Virus record (IMG/VR): IMGVR_UViG_3300028833_000002
Length of the DNA stretch: 31,197 nt
Source: a virus
Lineage: Duplodnaviria > Heunggongvirae > Uroviricota > Caudoviricetes
Direction: 5' to 3' (one strand)
The position numbers and the translations under genes are program-made. A model generated the notes under the pieces. The model was not told the origin of the DNA and searched no databases. It saw only the letters and a list, made by a program, of their open reading frames with translations. Shown piece after piece: positions 1 to 9,053 of this stretch (position 1 is the stretch's first letter; the number at the start of each line of letters is the position of its first letter).

Positions 1-18
1 AGTGTCATAATAATAACT

Positions 19-50
19 TCCTTCCGGTTTTAACGTCTTGAACCTGACAT
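19..50 (-). promoter_or_regulatory. Conserved structured 5' leader (copy 1 of 7) ahead of a gene that starts at position 8 and runs off the window
   Basis: Sense sequence ATGTC-AGGTTCAA-GACGT-TAAAACCGGAAGGA. Homologous copies lie at ~1022, 1785, 2629, 3446, 4278 and 4923, each just upstream of a start codon. Confidence 0.75.
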
Positions 51-112
51 TGATAATTTAAATTCTTACTCGGTGAATTTTCGTTTCCTGTTTCCCTTCA
101 CCTTATGTATAT

Positions 113-141
113 ATTATAGCATAGATTTATGTGATTGTCAA
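113..141 (-). promoter_or_regulatory. Sigma-A/sigma-70 consensus early promoter, representative of those ahead of almost every left-arm unit (e.g. 1069-1097, 15501-15529)
   Basis: TTGACA-17 bp-TATAAT with an extended TG and an upstream A/T tract. Confidence 0.9.
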
Positions 142-246
142 GTGTTTTAGAAAAATTTTTTAAAAAGTTTTATATGGAAGAAATGGAAGATTTTGGAAAG
201 TCGCCCGGGCGAAACGCCATAATTTACCAATTATGGTATGTGAAAA

Positions 247-268
247 TGCCGCCCATTTCTGAGCGGCA
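247..268 (-). terminator. Intrinsic terminator hairpin; the same hairpin is reused at ~1956, 3671 and 5082
   Basis: TGCCGC-CCATTTCTGA-GCGGCA followed by a T-rich run on the minus strand, directly downstream of a stop codon. Confidence 0.75.
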
Positions 269-273
269 CGATT

Positions 274-813
274 TTACTGATTCATATACTTTTTGTAAAG
301 GTCAAAGATAATAAGGTGTACGTTGTTTCTATTTACCTTATCGGGGTCGATGTGCTTACAACTTACAGATTTACCAGTTACGGTATTTATAAGCATTATT
401 GTAACGCCATCCCAAATTTTGTAATTGGCTGTCATAATGTAATTACTACGGCAGAATTCTCCACTTAATTCCAGTGTTGCGCCTGCGCCATATCTGCCAC
501 CACTTCCTTCTTGAATAATGTCATTTAAGTGAGAACAAACTTTATTAAACATAACTTCAACTTTATGATGTTCCATGGTACGATAAACCAGTTCCATAAA
601 TTTCTTCTTGTACCAAAAATCGGTTCTTACTGGCTTAGGACGTGGGACATTTACCAACTGGTCAGCGGGAAAACCTACAAAAACACCGGTATCTTGATTA
701 CAACCGACATAACTTTCTATACCTTTATAAGTTGTTTTTCCTATAAAAAGGTAATCACAAGCGCCCTGATGGAATGAATCTCCATTGTTTAATTCTGATA
801 TGTATTTAGTCAT
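274..813 (-). CDS. Hypothetical early protein, 179 aa; shares modules with the 1237 and 3699 proteins
   Basis: ORF with GGAGGG SD, coupled to the upstream ORF. N-terminal ISELNNGDSF resembles LSELKPHDIF in the 1237 protein. Confidence 0.8.
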   Translation of the reverse strand: MTKYISELNNGDSFHQGACDYLFIGKTTYKGIESYVGCNQDTGVFVGFPADQLVNVPRPKPVRTDFWYKKKFMELVYRTMEHHKVEVMFNKVCSHLNDIIQEGSGGRYGAGATLELSGEFCRSNYIMTANYKIWDGVTIMLINTVTGKSVSCKHIDPDKVNRNNVHLIIFDLYKKYMNQ

Positions 814-1013
814 TATTTAACCCTCCTTAATGTCATTCCATCAACAGAAATAGAGTTGATAAAACCTCTTGAAAAGCGTTTTAATGAACAGTAGGTTAAC
901 CATCTCTGCTCTTTGCTCATTAAAGAGTCAAACATTCTGATAGCTACATACTCATGAGGTGAACTATAACTACTTTTTGTCTTGTCTGCGAAAGTAATTT
1001 CATATTTTTCCAT
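813..1013 (-). CDS. Hypothetical protein, 66 aa
   Basis: ATG follows the conserved leader and SD (GGAAAGGA); own promoter at 1069-1097. Confidence 0.75.
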   Translation of the reverse strand: MEKYEITFADKTKSSYSSPHEYVAIRMFDSLMSKEQRWLTYCSLKRFSRGFINSISVDGMTLRRVK

Positions 1014-1236
1014 ATTGGTTATCCTTTCCGGTTTTATGGACTTTTGACCTGTCCTTTTCTATGTTCTTATTATACCATAGTTTAAGACGTTTGTCAATAG
1101 ATTTTTAAAAATATTTTTCGCGGCGAAATATGGTAAGATTGGTAATTTATGGAAAAACGCCCGGGCGATTTGGTAAAATTTTCCAGTTTTGGTATAAGCG
1201 AAAAGCCGCCCTCTTTCGAGAGCGACTTTAAACCTA

Positions 1237-1776
1237 TTATTCCCAAACAGTACAATCGCCTTCAAGGAATGAATAGAATTTCTTGCCTGTATCTTTGCTG
1301 TCATAACCTATATACTTTCCATCGCTTGTTGTGCCAACAAATTCATACTTGCGATCGGTATATAACCTGAAAATATCGTGCGGTTTAAGTTCACTTAATC
1401 TCTTCTTTACTGGAAACTTAGGGCGTTCCACATTATTGTACTTTGCCCAACATACGCCAAAACCAACCTTTGCACTCATGAAATCATTTAGACTGCAATA
1501 AGTGGTAACAAACTTATTACTACGAATATTAATGATACTTGTCTTACGAGTCTTTTTGTCATAAATGAAGCAAAAGTTGCCAAGACTTATATTATCCATT
1601 TGTGCATAATTGGCGCCAGTTTCCAAATCTTCAAGTAAATCAGTAATAAATTCAGCATTACAGCTATTACCGCTTGCGTCGTCTACCTTGAAATCTTCCT
1701 GTACCCTGGAATTCTTTGCCAGTGCGTTTACAAGTGAGTCAAACTGTGAGAGTGCCCAAATAGTAAAATTTTTCAT
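1237..1776 (-). CDS. Hypothetical early protein, 179 aa (paralogue family A)
   Basis: Own promoter, leader, SD and terminator. Motif C-x2-ND-x5-G-x3-CWAKY. Confidence 0.85.
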   Translation of the reverse strand: MKNFTIWALSQFDSLVNALAKNSRVQEDFKVDDASGNSCNAEFITDLLEDLETGANYAQMDNISLGNFCFIYDKKTRKTSIINIRSNKFVTTYCSLNDFMSAKVGFGVCWAKYNNVERPKFPVKKRLSELKPHDIFRLYTDRKYEFVGTTSDGKYIGYDSKDTGKKFYSFLEGDCTVWE

Positions 1777-1985
1777 AGTAAATATCCTTCCGGTTTTTAG
1801 GACTTGAACCTGTCCTTTGTTGTTTTATCTTATGTATATATTATAGCACGAAATCGCGGCAATGTCAATACCTTTTAAAAAAATTTTTATGGTATTTAAT
1901 GGAAAAACGCCCGGGCAGATTGGTAAAAATTACCATCTCAATGGTAAATGGAAAAGCCGCCCATTTCTGAGCGACTTTAGATTTA

Positions 1986-2135
1986 TTACTTTGTAAATCC
2001 CATATCAATTTTTGCCTGTTTTCTTGCCTTCGCACGTTCATTAAGGGCGGTGAGGTAGGCAATCGCCTCCTCCCTTGTTAAAAGATAATGCTTACCCTTT
2101 TTGACAACCGTCATTCCTTTTTTTATCTCTGCCAT
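1986..2135 (-). CDS. Small basic protein, 49 aa (MAEIKKGMTVVKKGKHYLLTREEAIAYLTALNERAKARKQAKIDMGFTK); not in the ORF track
   Basis: ATG 2 nt after the stop of 2138..2620, AGGGAG SD, TAA just before the terminator. Confidence 0.7.
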   Translation of the reverse strand: MAEIKKGMTVVKKGKHYLLTREEAIAYLTALNERAKARKQAKIDMGFTK

Positions 2136-2137
2136 GA

Positions 2138-2620
2138 TTACATCTCCCTTGTAAATACTACTCTATAATTGAAGTATGCTACCTTAAAAACACCATTTTC
2201 AACCAGTTTATCCATTACAGTCCTAAACATGTCGGGGTCGAAACCTATACGATGTGTGTATCTTACATGGGACGCTAAGCTATTCATAAGACTTGACAAG
2301 ATGTACATGCTACCGACTTCTGTATTTTCGATAAGGGCGTTCATGTAAACTTCGTACTTTGTCTTACGATAGTTATTTCTTGCCACACGAGTTTTAGCTC
2401 TCTTAACAGCTCTAACTGCGCTGACAATATCTTCCACAGCGTCTTCGACATTATTGATGTCGTCGATGTCCATCTGTGCCATAGCTTCTGTAGCTTTTTT
2501 TACCTTTACCAGTTCCTGGCAAACGTCTGCCTTCATAGCTTCGTCATTGAGTTCTACTGAAGCTCTATAAGCATAAGGTGAAAAGCGTTCTACTTCTTTA
2601 GGGTTTGAATTTCTAAACAT
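2138..2620 (-). CDS. Hypothetical protein with N-terminal helices and a possible C-terminal winged helix (family B)
   Basis: Own promoter and leader. C-terminal F-x4-DKLVENG pattern shared with 2951..3436. Confidence 0.8.
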   Translation of the reverse strand: MFRNSNPKEVERFSPYAYRASVELNDEAMKADVCQELVKVKKATEAMAQMDIDDINNVEDAVEDIVSAVRAVKRAKTRVARNNYRKTKYEVYMNALIENTEVGSMYILSSLMNSLASHVRYTHRIGFDPDMFRTVMDKLVENGVFKVAYFNYRVVFTREM

Positions 2621-2950
2621 GGTAAATATCCTTTCCGGTTTTAACGTCTTATTACCTGACGATAGTAATTAATTTTCTTAGGGTTTAGGTCGTTTCCCTT
2701 ACCCTGTAATTATATTATATCATATCGGCGGGTATTTGTCAACACTTTTTCTAAAAAAATTTAAAAATATTTTTATGGTAAATATGGAAAATGTTGGTAA
2801 AACGCCCGGGCAAACTGGAAAATTTTTCTATTTATGGATAAAAAAGAATGGACGGTAAAAACCGTCCAAACTTTTAAGAAACAACCATAGGAGGTATGGA
2901 AATATTGGGATGGGACTTTTTGGTGGGAAATCCCTCAGAAACCCATGAGA

Positions 2951-3436
2951 TTAAAAATCTTCAATTAATGAGTAAATCATACCATATTCAGCGCTATACT
3001 GTGTCATAATTTTTCCGGCATTTACAAGTCTATCAATGCACACTTCAAAAACGTGAGTATGTCGGAGAGCTTTGCTGTCAAAATTATGGTCTTTTTTACT
3101 ATAGTCCATACTAAATTCAAGAAAATCAAGTAAATTCCCCTTAGAATACCACTTTCCAGCCTCCATATTTCCAGCAAGCATAGATTCGTATTCACCTAAA
3201 TAGGTTTCATTTCTCTTTACTGCCTTCGCCTTCTTAGCTGAACAGCTGATGTCATAACAGAGCTTAGCCAGTGTGTCAAAATCTTCCTCATTGATAGCGT
3301 TCAGCTCAGTCATAGCTTCCTTGATATTTTTGTTAATATCTGCCATTGACTTCTTTGTCTTTAAAAAGACTTCTGAATGTTTACGAAGTGCAGAGATTTC
3401 AAGTGCCTTTAATGTGATGTTTGATGTTCTTTTCAT
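2951..3436 (-). CDS. Hypothetical protein, paralogue of 2138..2620 (family B)
   Basis: Own promoter and leader. Shares MxRxSN, AKx(1-2)VxRN, NxExGxxY and F-x4-DRLVNAG. Confidence 0.8.
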   Translation of the reverse strand: MKRTSNITLKALEISALRKHSEVFLKTKKSMADINKNIKEAMTELNAINEEDFDTLAKLCYDISCSAKKAKAVKRNETYLGEYESMLAGNMEAGKWYSKGNLLDFLEFSMDYSKKDHNFDSKALRHTHVFEVCIDRLVNAGKIMTQYSAEYGMIYSLIEDF

Positions 3437-3698
3437 GGTAATAGTCCTTCCGGTTTTTAAGTCTTTTAACCTGACTTTAGATTGTTTTAAGGGGGTTTTC
3501 TTTATCCCTCACCTTATGTATATATTATAGCATAGAATAAGACAGTTGTCAATACTTTTTTTGAAAAATTTTTAAAAATATTTTTCGCGGCGAAATGTGG
3601 TAGAACTACCAATTTCTGGTAAAACGCCCGGGCGATTTGGTAAAATTTTCCATTAATGGCATAAAAGAACTGCCGCCCATTTCTGAGCGGCAGAACTG

Positions 3699-4268
3699 TT
3701 AAAGATTTGTATGGTCTACTACGTCTATTAAAGCGAATCTATGTTTCATTACCACATTTGCGGTGCTATGGTAGAACGACTTTTTTGTTCCATTCCATGA
3801 CATTAATGTAACGGCTACATCTCTACTATCTCCTATATTTGGTACTATTGACAACACTATGAAGTTATCGTTCTTGCCAAGATTAACCACATCGCCTACC
3901 TTTAAATTACATACCTTAATTGTAGTTCTAATCATTGGTATTTCTTTTCCCGTATATCGTGCCCAAGCGAGAGCAAGTCCGAGTTTATAATCCCTAATGT
4001 CGTTAAGATTATTAAGACGTGCTTCTCCTCTTCTGCGGGTTCTCGTATTGTAAATTATTGTATCACCGTTTTCTTTTACTGTGATGATAAAATTGCCATA
4101 AACAACAGATGTTCCCAACTTCCATTCAATACCACGAATCGCGCCACGTGCTTTCCCGTCAGAATCTTTACGGTATTTTGATGTCATTGAGCTCATAAAG
4201 TTGTCAAGACTTGTTATCTTGTCATCAACCCACTGGTCAAACTGTCTTTTGTTGTTACAAATTATCAT
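3699..4268 (-). CDS. Hypothetical protein, 189 aa (family A); start revised to ATG 4268
   Basis: ATG 4268 follows the leader and SD. The longer ORF-track start runs through the promoter and repeat. Motif NDIRDYKLGLALAWARY. Confidence 0.8.
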   Translation of the reverse strand: MIICNNKRQFDQWVDDKITSLDNFMSSMTSKYRKDSDGKARGAIRGIEWKLGTSVVYGNFIITVKENGDTIIYNTRTRRRGEARLNNLNDIRDYKLGLALAWARYTGKEIPMIRTTIKVCNLKVGDVVNLGKNDNFIVLSIVPNIGDSRDVAVTLMSWNGTKKSFYHSTANVVMKHRFALIDVVDHTNL

Positions 4269-4460
4269 AGTTAAATTCCTTTCCGGTTTTAGGGACTTGA
4301 ACCTGTCCTTTACTGTAATTATATTATACCACACTTTGCGGCACTTGTCAACACTTTTTAAAAAATTTTTATTGGTATTTTCTGGAAAAACGCCCGGGCA
4401 AATTTCCAAAATCTACCAATTATGGAATATAAGAAAACCACCCCGAAGGGTGGCAATTTC

Positions 4461-4913
4461 TTACATTACTGGATTAACATAAACGGTATGCTTAATGTGG
4501 TAAGTTCTTCCTTTTTCATCTGTGGCAACGATAAAACCGTCATCATCAAGATATTCAGTCGTGTATACCCTGTTTTCATAGATAAATTTTTCAGCCGGCA
4601 TAAGGAAACCTGCTCTAAACCATACTTTGTTAAAAGCCTTCGGCGTGTACTGCACGCCCATGGCTCTCAGTGCAACCAGTATGTAGCCAATGTTCATGTC
4701 ATAAATGTCATTGCTGTTGCACTTAGCTGTGAATACTTTTACATCACCGTTTTTGCTTGTGCGAATCAGCACGCTTGTCACAGCTTCCTCCGTCACGTCA
4801 CAGTTATCATCGAAGCTAAAGGAAAGATTTGGATGCTTTTCCTTGTAGGCGCCAAAATCTGCGAATACTGTCTTTACGAGTTTGTTCATGTCTGAGTAGT
4901 TGTAATTTTTCAT
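4461..4913 (-). CDS. Hypothetical protein, 150 aa (family A-related)
   Basis: Own promoter and leader. Motif AKCNSNDIYDMNIG. Confidence 0.8.
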   Translation of the reverse strand: MKNYNYSDMNKLVKTVFADFGAYKEKHPNLSFSFDDNCDVTEEAVTSVLIRTSKNGDVKVFTAKCNSNDIYDMNIGYILVALRAMGVQYTPKAFNKVWFRAGFLMPAEKFIYENRVYTTEYLDDDGFIVATDEKGRTYHIKHTVYVNPVM

Positions 4914-5124
4914 AGTTATTATTCCTTCCGGTTTTAGGGACTTGAACCTGTCCTTTTCTATACTCTTATTATATCATATCCCGCCGCAAATGTCAACACC
5001 TTTTTGAAAAAAATTTTTTGGTATTTTTTGGAAAAACGCCCGGGCACTTTTCCACAATTTTCCAGTATTACCACAAAAGGAAACCGCCCATTTCTGAGCG
5101 GTTCCCATGGAGGTATATATGGTA

Positions 5125-5487
5125 TTAAGATAATTTCTTTGTTAAGCGGTTTTTAAATTCGATTACATTGAGTTCTTCCTTTAAATCCCATTCTACACTC
5201 TCACATATTCTGCGAAGTTTAATCCATACGCAACCAGCAGTGAGTTCTAAAATGTGGTCATCATCCTCAAATCTTTCCATAGCTTCAATGATAGGTTCAT
5301 AGTTTTTGCGGAACAGGTCTGCGTAATATTCCGGTGAGCCGTCCGGTTCTTCCATGTAATCATCAGCAAGATTGTCAATGACATCCCAAGCTCTCGTGAC
5401 ATCATCGGGTGTATGGCTATTGTCATCATTGATAACTGCTTTAAAAGCATTGATTAAGTCGTAAGTATGTTTAATTCTTAAATCCAT
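5125..5487 (-). CDS. Acidic hypothetical protein, 120 aa
   Basis: GAAAGGA SD before ATG 5487; promoter at ~5535-5562; terminator at 5082-5103. Confidence 0.8.
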   Translation of the reverse strand: MDLRIKHTYDLINAFKAVINDDNSHTPDDVTRAWDVIDNLADDYMEEPDGSPEYYADLFRKNYEPIIEAMERFEDDDHILELTAGCVWIKLRRICESVEWDLKEELNVIEFKNRLTKKLS

Positions 5488-5643
5488 AAAATCAAGTCCT
5501 TTCAAGTGGTTGTTTCTTTTACCCTGTAATTATATTATACCACAACGGGGTATAAAAGTCAATACCTTTTTAAAAAATTTTTTATTGGAAATTTATGGAA
5601 AAACGTCCGGGCAAGTTGGTAGAAAATACCATAAAAATTATGC

Positions 5644-5672
5644 TTGACAATCGCGGCGAAATGTGATATAAT
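5644..5672 (+). promoter_or_regulatory. Plus-strand consensus promoter with the TCGCGGCGAAA motif in its spacer
   Basis: TTGACA 5644-5649, 17-bp spacer containing ATCGCGGCGAAAT, TATAAT 5667-5672. Confidence 0.85.
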
Positions 5673-5699
5673 ATAAATATAGAAAGGATGGTAGTTATT

Positions 5700-6047
5700 A
5701 TGGATACTAAAATAACATGGATAGAAAAAATATTATTGGTATTATTCACACTTGTTATAATATGGTCACTTATTATTGAAATTGATGTTGCGGTTAAATA
5801 TGCAAAAGCACCTACAGTAACTTTTGATTCCCAGTGGATGGAAAGTTTTGCGGAAGAAAATGGAGAAGATGTCATCTACTGGGAAATAGACTGGATAGGT
5901 GATGATGTGTGCCGTAAATATGAATACACAACACGCAAAAAAACAAAAATCCATATTTACTATGAATGTGAAGATTATTCCAGTGGTTTTGAAGTGGTAA
6001 TGAACCCACAAACTGGAAGATGCACAATTTGGGAAAGCGGACATTAA
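5700..6047 (+). CDS. Membrane-anchored hypothetical protein (inverted unit)
   Basis: GAAAGGA SD; N-terminal hydrophobic helix ILLVLFTLVIIWSLII; terminator-like hairpin plus T tract at ~6038-6064. Confidence 0.8.
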   Translation: MDTKITWIEKILLVLFTLVIIWSLIIEIDVAVKYAKAPTVTFDSQWMESFAEENGEDVIYWEIDWIGDDVCRKYEYTTRKKTKIHIYYECEDYSSGFEVVMNPQTGRCTIWESGH

Positions 6048-6201
6048 GTCCGTTTTCTTTTTTTATCCTCAAATGGTAAATTTTACCAAAACGCCCGGGC
6101 AAATTTCCAAATCTTACCATTTTCGCGGCAGAAGAAAAAGGCTGGAAATTATATCCAACCTTTTCCTTTTTATAGAAACAAACAATGGAGGTGTGAAAAT
6201 G

Positions 6202-6531
6202 TCAAATATCTGCCATAAAGTAGATTTGTGGTAAAAATCCACAATATGGATTTGCTCGTCTTAGTTCCTTTAGTAAAGAGTTGAAAACGTCCATATCTTC
6301 ACTCTGAGAATTTTCATTAATAAGTGCATTGAGTTCGTCAAATGAAAATAAGCACTGGTGCATTTTGTTAAATGGATCTTTATCGTCTTCTCCGAACATT
6401 ACCAGTGGAACGCCTAAAAAGGCTTGTGATGAATTTGGTTTTTCATACCAAAAGCCGGGAAAGTATTCCTTAATCCAGTCGGCTTTTTCTAAACTGTTAG
6501 AAACCTTTACGCCAAAAATGAAACCATACAT
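6202..6531 (-). CDS. Hypothetical protein, 109 aa
   Basis: AGGAGG SD; second gene of its unit. Confidence 0.8.
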   Translation of the reverse strand: MYGFIFGVKVSNSLEKADWIKEYFPGFWYEKPNSSQAFLGVPLVMFGEDDKDPFNKMHQCLFSFDELNALINENSQSEDMDVFNSLLKELRRANPYCGFLPQIYFMADI

Positions 6532-6532
6532 A

Positions 6533-6673
6533 TTAAGCCCTCCTTAAAAGTGCCGGAAAGATATTCCAGCTCGCATACTGCTGTGTTGTTAAATTATGGA
6601 GATTTACATCTATGATAGATGCTAAAATCCATACAAGTATTATTACACAAATAACTGTTAAAATCTTTTTCAT
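6533..6673 (-). CDS. Small membrane protein, 46 aa (MKKILTVICVIILVWILASIIDVNLHNLTTQQYASWNIFPALLRRA); not in the ORF track
   Basis: AGGGGAG SD, promoter at ~6699-6727, single TM-like segment, stop abuts the next ATG. Confidence 0.75.
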   Translation of the reverse strand: MKKILTVICVIILVWILASIIDVNLHNLTTQQYASWNIFPALLRRA

Positions 6674-6839
6674 ATTAACTCCCCTTTTCTATATTCTTAT
6701 TATACTACATTTTAAAGAGAATGTCAATAGTTTTTCTAAAAATTTTTTATGGTATTTTATGGAAAAACGCCCGGGCAAATTGGTAAAATATGGTAATTAT
6801 GGAGTAAACAAAAGAGCGGCAATAAATGCCGCCCATGGA

Positions 6840-7169
6840 TTATTCTTCCGCTGCCAAAAATTTCTCCCAGTAGTTTACTATTCTTTTATATTCTTCTGTA
6901 TGGAGTTTTAGTGTCTGTATTTTTCCCTCCATGTAGCAATACCATTCATGAGAATCAACTTCCGGATTATCATAATGGTCAAAATCGGAATCGTAAATAT
7001 CTCCAAATCTTACAAAATCATTCCACTCATCTAAATCGCCAACAATTCGGAATATGCTATCATAGATTAAATGGAAAATAGTGTCAAGAGTCTGCCCTTT
7101 TAGTTCTACTCTTGATGTTTCAATTTCCTTAGTCTGATGATTAAACCATCCAGTTTCTATTATTACCAT
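6840..7169 (-). CDS. Acidic hypothetical protein, 109 aa
   Basis: GGAGGA SD; second gene of its unit. Confidence 0.8.
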   Translation of the reverse strand: MVIIETGWFNHQTKEIETSRVELKGQTLDTIFHLIYDSIFRIVGDLDEWNDFVRFGDIYDSDFDHYDNPEVDSHEWYCYMEGKIQTLKLHTEEYKRIVNYWEKFLAAEE

Positions 7170-7171
7170 AA

Positions 7172-7369
7172 TTATTCCTCCTTACCAAGAACTTCCTCTT
7201 CGTATTCAAGCTCATTACAATATTCATTGTAGCTGTATTCAAGGTTGTAGTTCCAGTCATAGTTGCCGTCTAACAGGTCATCCTTGTGAAGACAAAAGAG
7301 TCTTACACAGTCAGCTTCTGATAAATTTTCACCTAACATTGTTGCATATTCTTCTCTTGATGGTAACAT
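7172..7369 (-). CDS. Small, very acidic protein, 65 aa
   Basis: GGAGG SD precedes ATG 7369; consensus promoter at ~7425-7453. Confidence 0.75.
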   Translation of the reverse strand: MLPSREEYATMLGENLSEADCVRLFCLHKDDLLDGNYDWNYNLEYSYNEYCNELEYEEEVLGKEE

Positions 7370-7584
7370 ATAACATTCCTCCATTTTCTTTGTGGTATCG
7401 GTGTTTCCTTTACCTTATGTTTATATTATATCATATCCCGCCGTAAATGTCAAGTGTTTTTAAAAAATTTTTTAATTGGTAATTTATGGAAAAACGCCCG
7501 GGCAAATTTCCAATATTTACCATTTATACCACAAAAAGAGTGGCGACGTTTCCGCCGCCAAGTTCTACCATATTTGTATTTATC

Positions 7585-7875
7585 TTAGTCTTTTATCTCT
7601 GCAATGTTTGGCGTATTTTTCCGCTGTTCCATTAAAAATGCCGCACAAAGAACTAATTTCACGGCAAAGTGTATTGCCTCACGTGTATCTGTCATAATTT
7701 CTGACACATTGTTTTCAGTAATCTTGATTGTTACCTGATTCTCCTTTTCTTTCCAATCAAGAACTTCAATTGAGCTATGTGTAGCTTCTGAGATTGAGTT
7801 AAATTTTGTAATTGCGTCATAAATCTGCTGAGTGATTGGTCTTGTGAAGTTTGCGTTTACCATTTTACTTGTCAT
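7585..7875 (-). CDS. Hypothetical protein, 96 aa
   Basis: GGAGGT SD, own promoter and terminator. Confidence 0.8.
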   Translation of the reverse strand: MTSKMVNANFTRPITQQIYDAITKFNSISEATHSSIEVLDWKEKENQVTIKITENNVSEIMTDTREAIHFAVKLVLCAAFLMEQRKNTPNIAEIKD

Positions 7876-8155
7876 AATTATTACCTCCGTATCTTAGCGG
7901 GTATCGGCGTTTCCTTTACCCTATGTTTATATTATACCACAGTTTATGATGTTTGTCAACACTTTTTTAAAAAAATTTTTCGGCATTGGAAGAAATGGAA
8001 ATATATGGAAAAACGCCCGGGCAATTTGGTAGAAAATGGTGCACAGTTTCGCGGCGAAAGATTTGTGTATTTTGCGAATAGTATTTATTATGGAACTATG
8101 CTATAATATATATAGTGAAAGAAACAAATAAGCCGATAAGGCGGGAGGAATTAAT

Positions 8156-8320
8156 ATGACTGATTATGAAAAGTGCATGAAATACTGCGAAGAGGAAAGT
8201 ATTGGAACGGTAATAAATGGAGATAAAACTGTAGTAAGTGCCTATGTAATGGGAACTCCGGTTCTTGAATGGCATTTTTCCAAAGATGGAAAATTAATGG
8301 AAACTGTTAATTACAACTAA
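8156..8320 (+). CDS. Small protein, 54 aa (MTDYEKCMKYC...EWHFSKDGKLMETVNYN); not in the ORF track
   Basis: GGGAGG SD after a GCC-GATAA-GGC hairpin; TGCTATAAT upstream; paralogous to the next ORF. Confidence 0.75.
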   Translation: MTDYEKCMKYCEEESIGTVINGDKTVVSAYVMGTPVLEWHFSKDGKLMETVNYN

Positions 8321-8333
8321 GGAGGAAAATGGT

Positions 8334-8510
8334 ATGAGCGATAAAAACTTAATCACCGGACTTGCCAAAAAGTGGGGTAAGTTTTTTACCTCAGAATCAG
8401 ACGGTGAAAACGGAACTTTAGTTAGAATTCACGACACAAAATATAATGGCACAGAATTCCACTTCTCAGAAGACGGGGAACTTCTTGAATACTGGGCATT
8501 CAATATGTAA
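8334..8510 (+). CDS. Small protein, 58 aa (MSDKNLITG...EFHFSEDGELLEYWAFNM); not in the ORF track
   Basis: AGGAGG SD; terminator GCGACC..GGTCGC plus T tract at ~8517-8548. Confidence 0.75.
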   Translation: MSDKNLITGLAKKWGKFFTSESDGENGTLVRIHDTKYNGTEFHFSEDGELLEYWAFNM

Positions 8511-8675
8511 TATAATGCGACCTCAGAAATGGGGTCGCCCTTTTATTTGGTAGAACTGGAAAATTCTGGAAAATCGCCCGGGCAAATTTCTATAAATTAC
8601 CATTCATGGAATAAGAAAACACCGCCAAATTAATGGCGGCATCTCCCATGGAGGTATATGTCAAATTATTGGAAA

Positions 8676-9053
8676 TTACTTTAAGTTGCTTGCATAGATA
8701 AACATTTTACCAAGTATATCATTGCTACCTTTCTGATACCTATTGATAAGTTCTTTAACAGAAAGTAAACCAAAATCAGAATATACTAACTGTTCTGTTT
8801 TATATAAAGTGTTGCCTTCTTCATCTGAATATTCTGAAACTATCAAATCATCCATTGACATGGACAATTCTATATTTTTCAAATATTCTTCTAAGAAATC
8901 CCTGTTAAGAGTTGCTAAAGAAAAGAAGTTCTTTGTTTCACAAAGATATTCCACATGTGCCCATAACGCACTATCATCAATGTCATCAAAATGATGATAT
9001 GTGAATCCCTCTAAATCAAAATCGAATGTTTCAATGGTTAATAACATTTTCAT
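8676..9053 (-). CDS. Acidic hypothetical protein, 125 aa
   Basis: AGGAGG SD, promoter at ~9101-9129, terminator at 8621-8641. Confidence 0.8.
   Translation of the reverse strand: MKMLLTIETFDFDLEGFTYHHFDDIDDSALWAHVEYLCETKNFFSLATLNRDFLEEYLKNIELSMSMDDLIVSEYSDEEGNTLYKTEQLVYSDFGLLSVKELINRYQKGSNDILGKMFIYASNLK

Noticed and set aside
1785-1816. tRNA T-arm-like AGGTTCAAGTCCT in the leader, or a preQ1 riboswitch
   Set aside because: There is no cloverleaf. Other copies (AGGTAATAA, AGGTTAAAA) lose the T-loop but keep the alternative stem. The loop and tail do not match the preQ1-I consensus as I know it.
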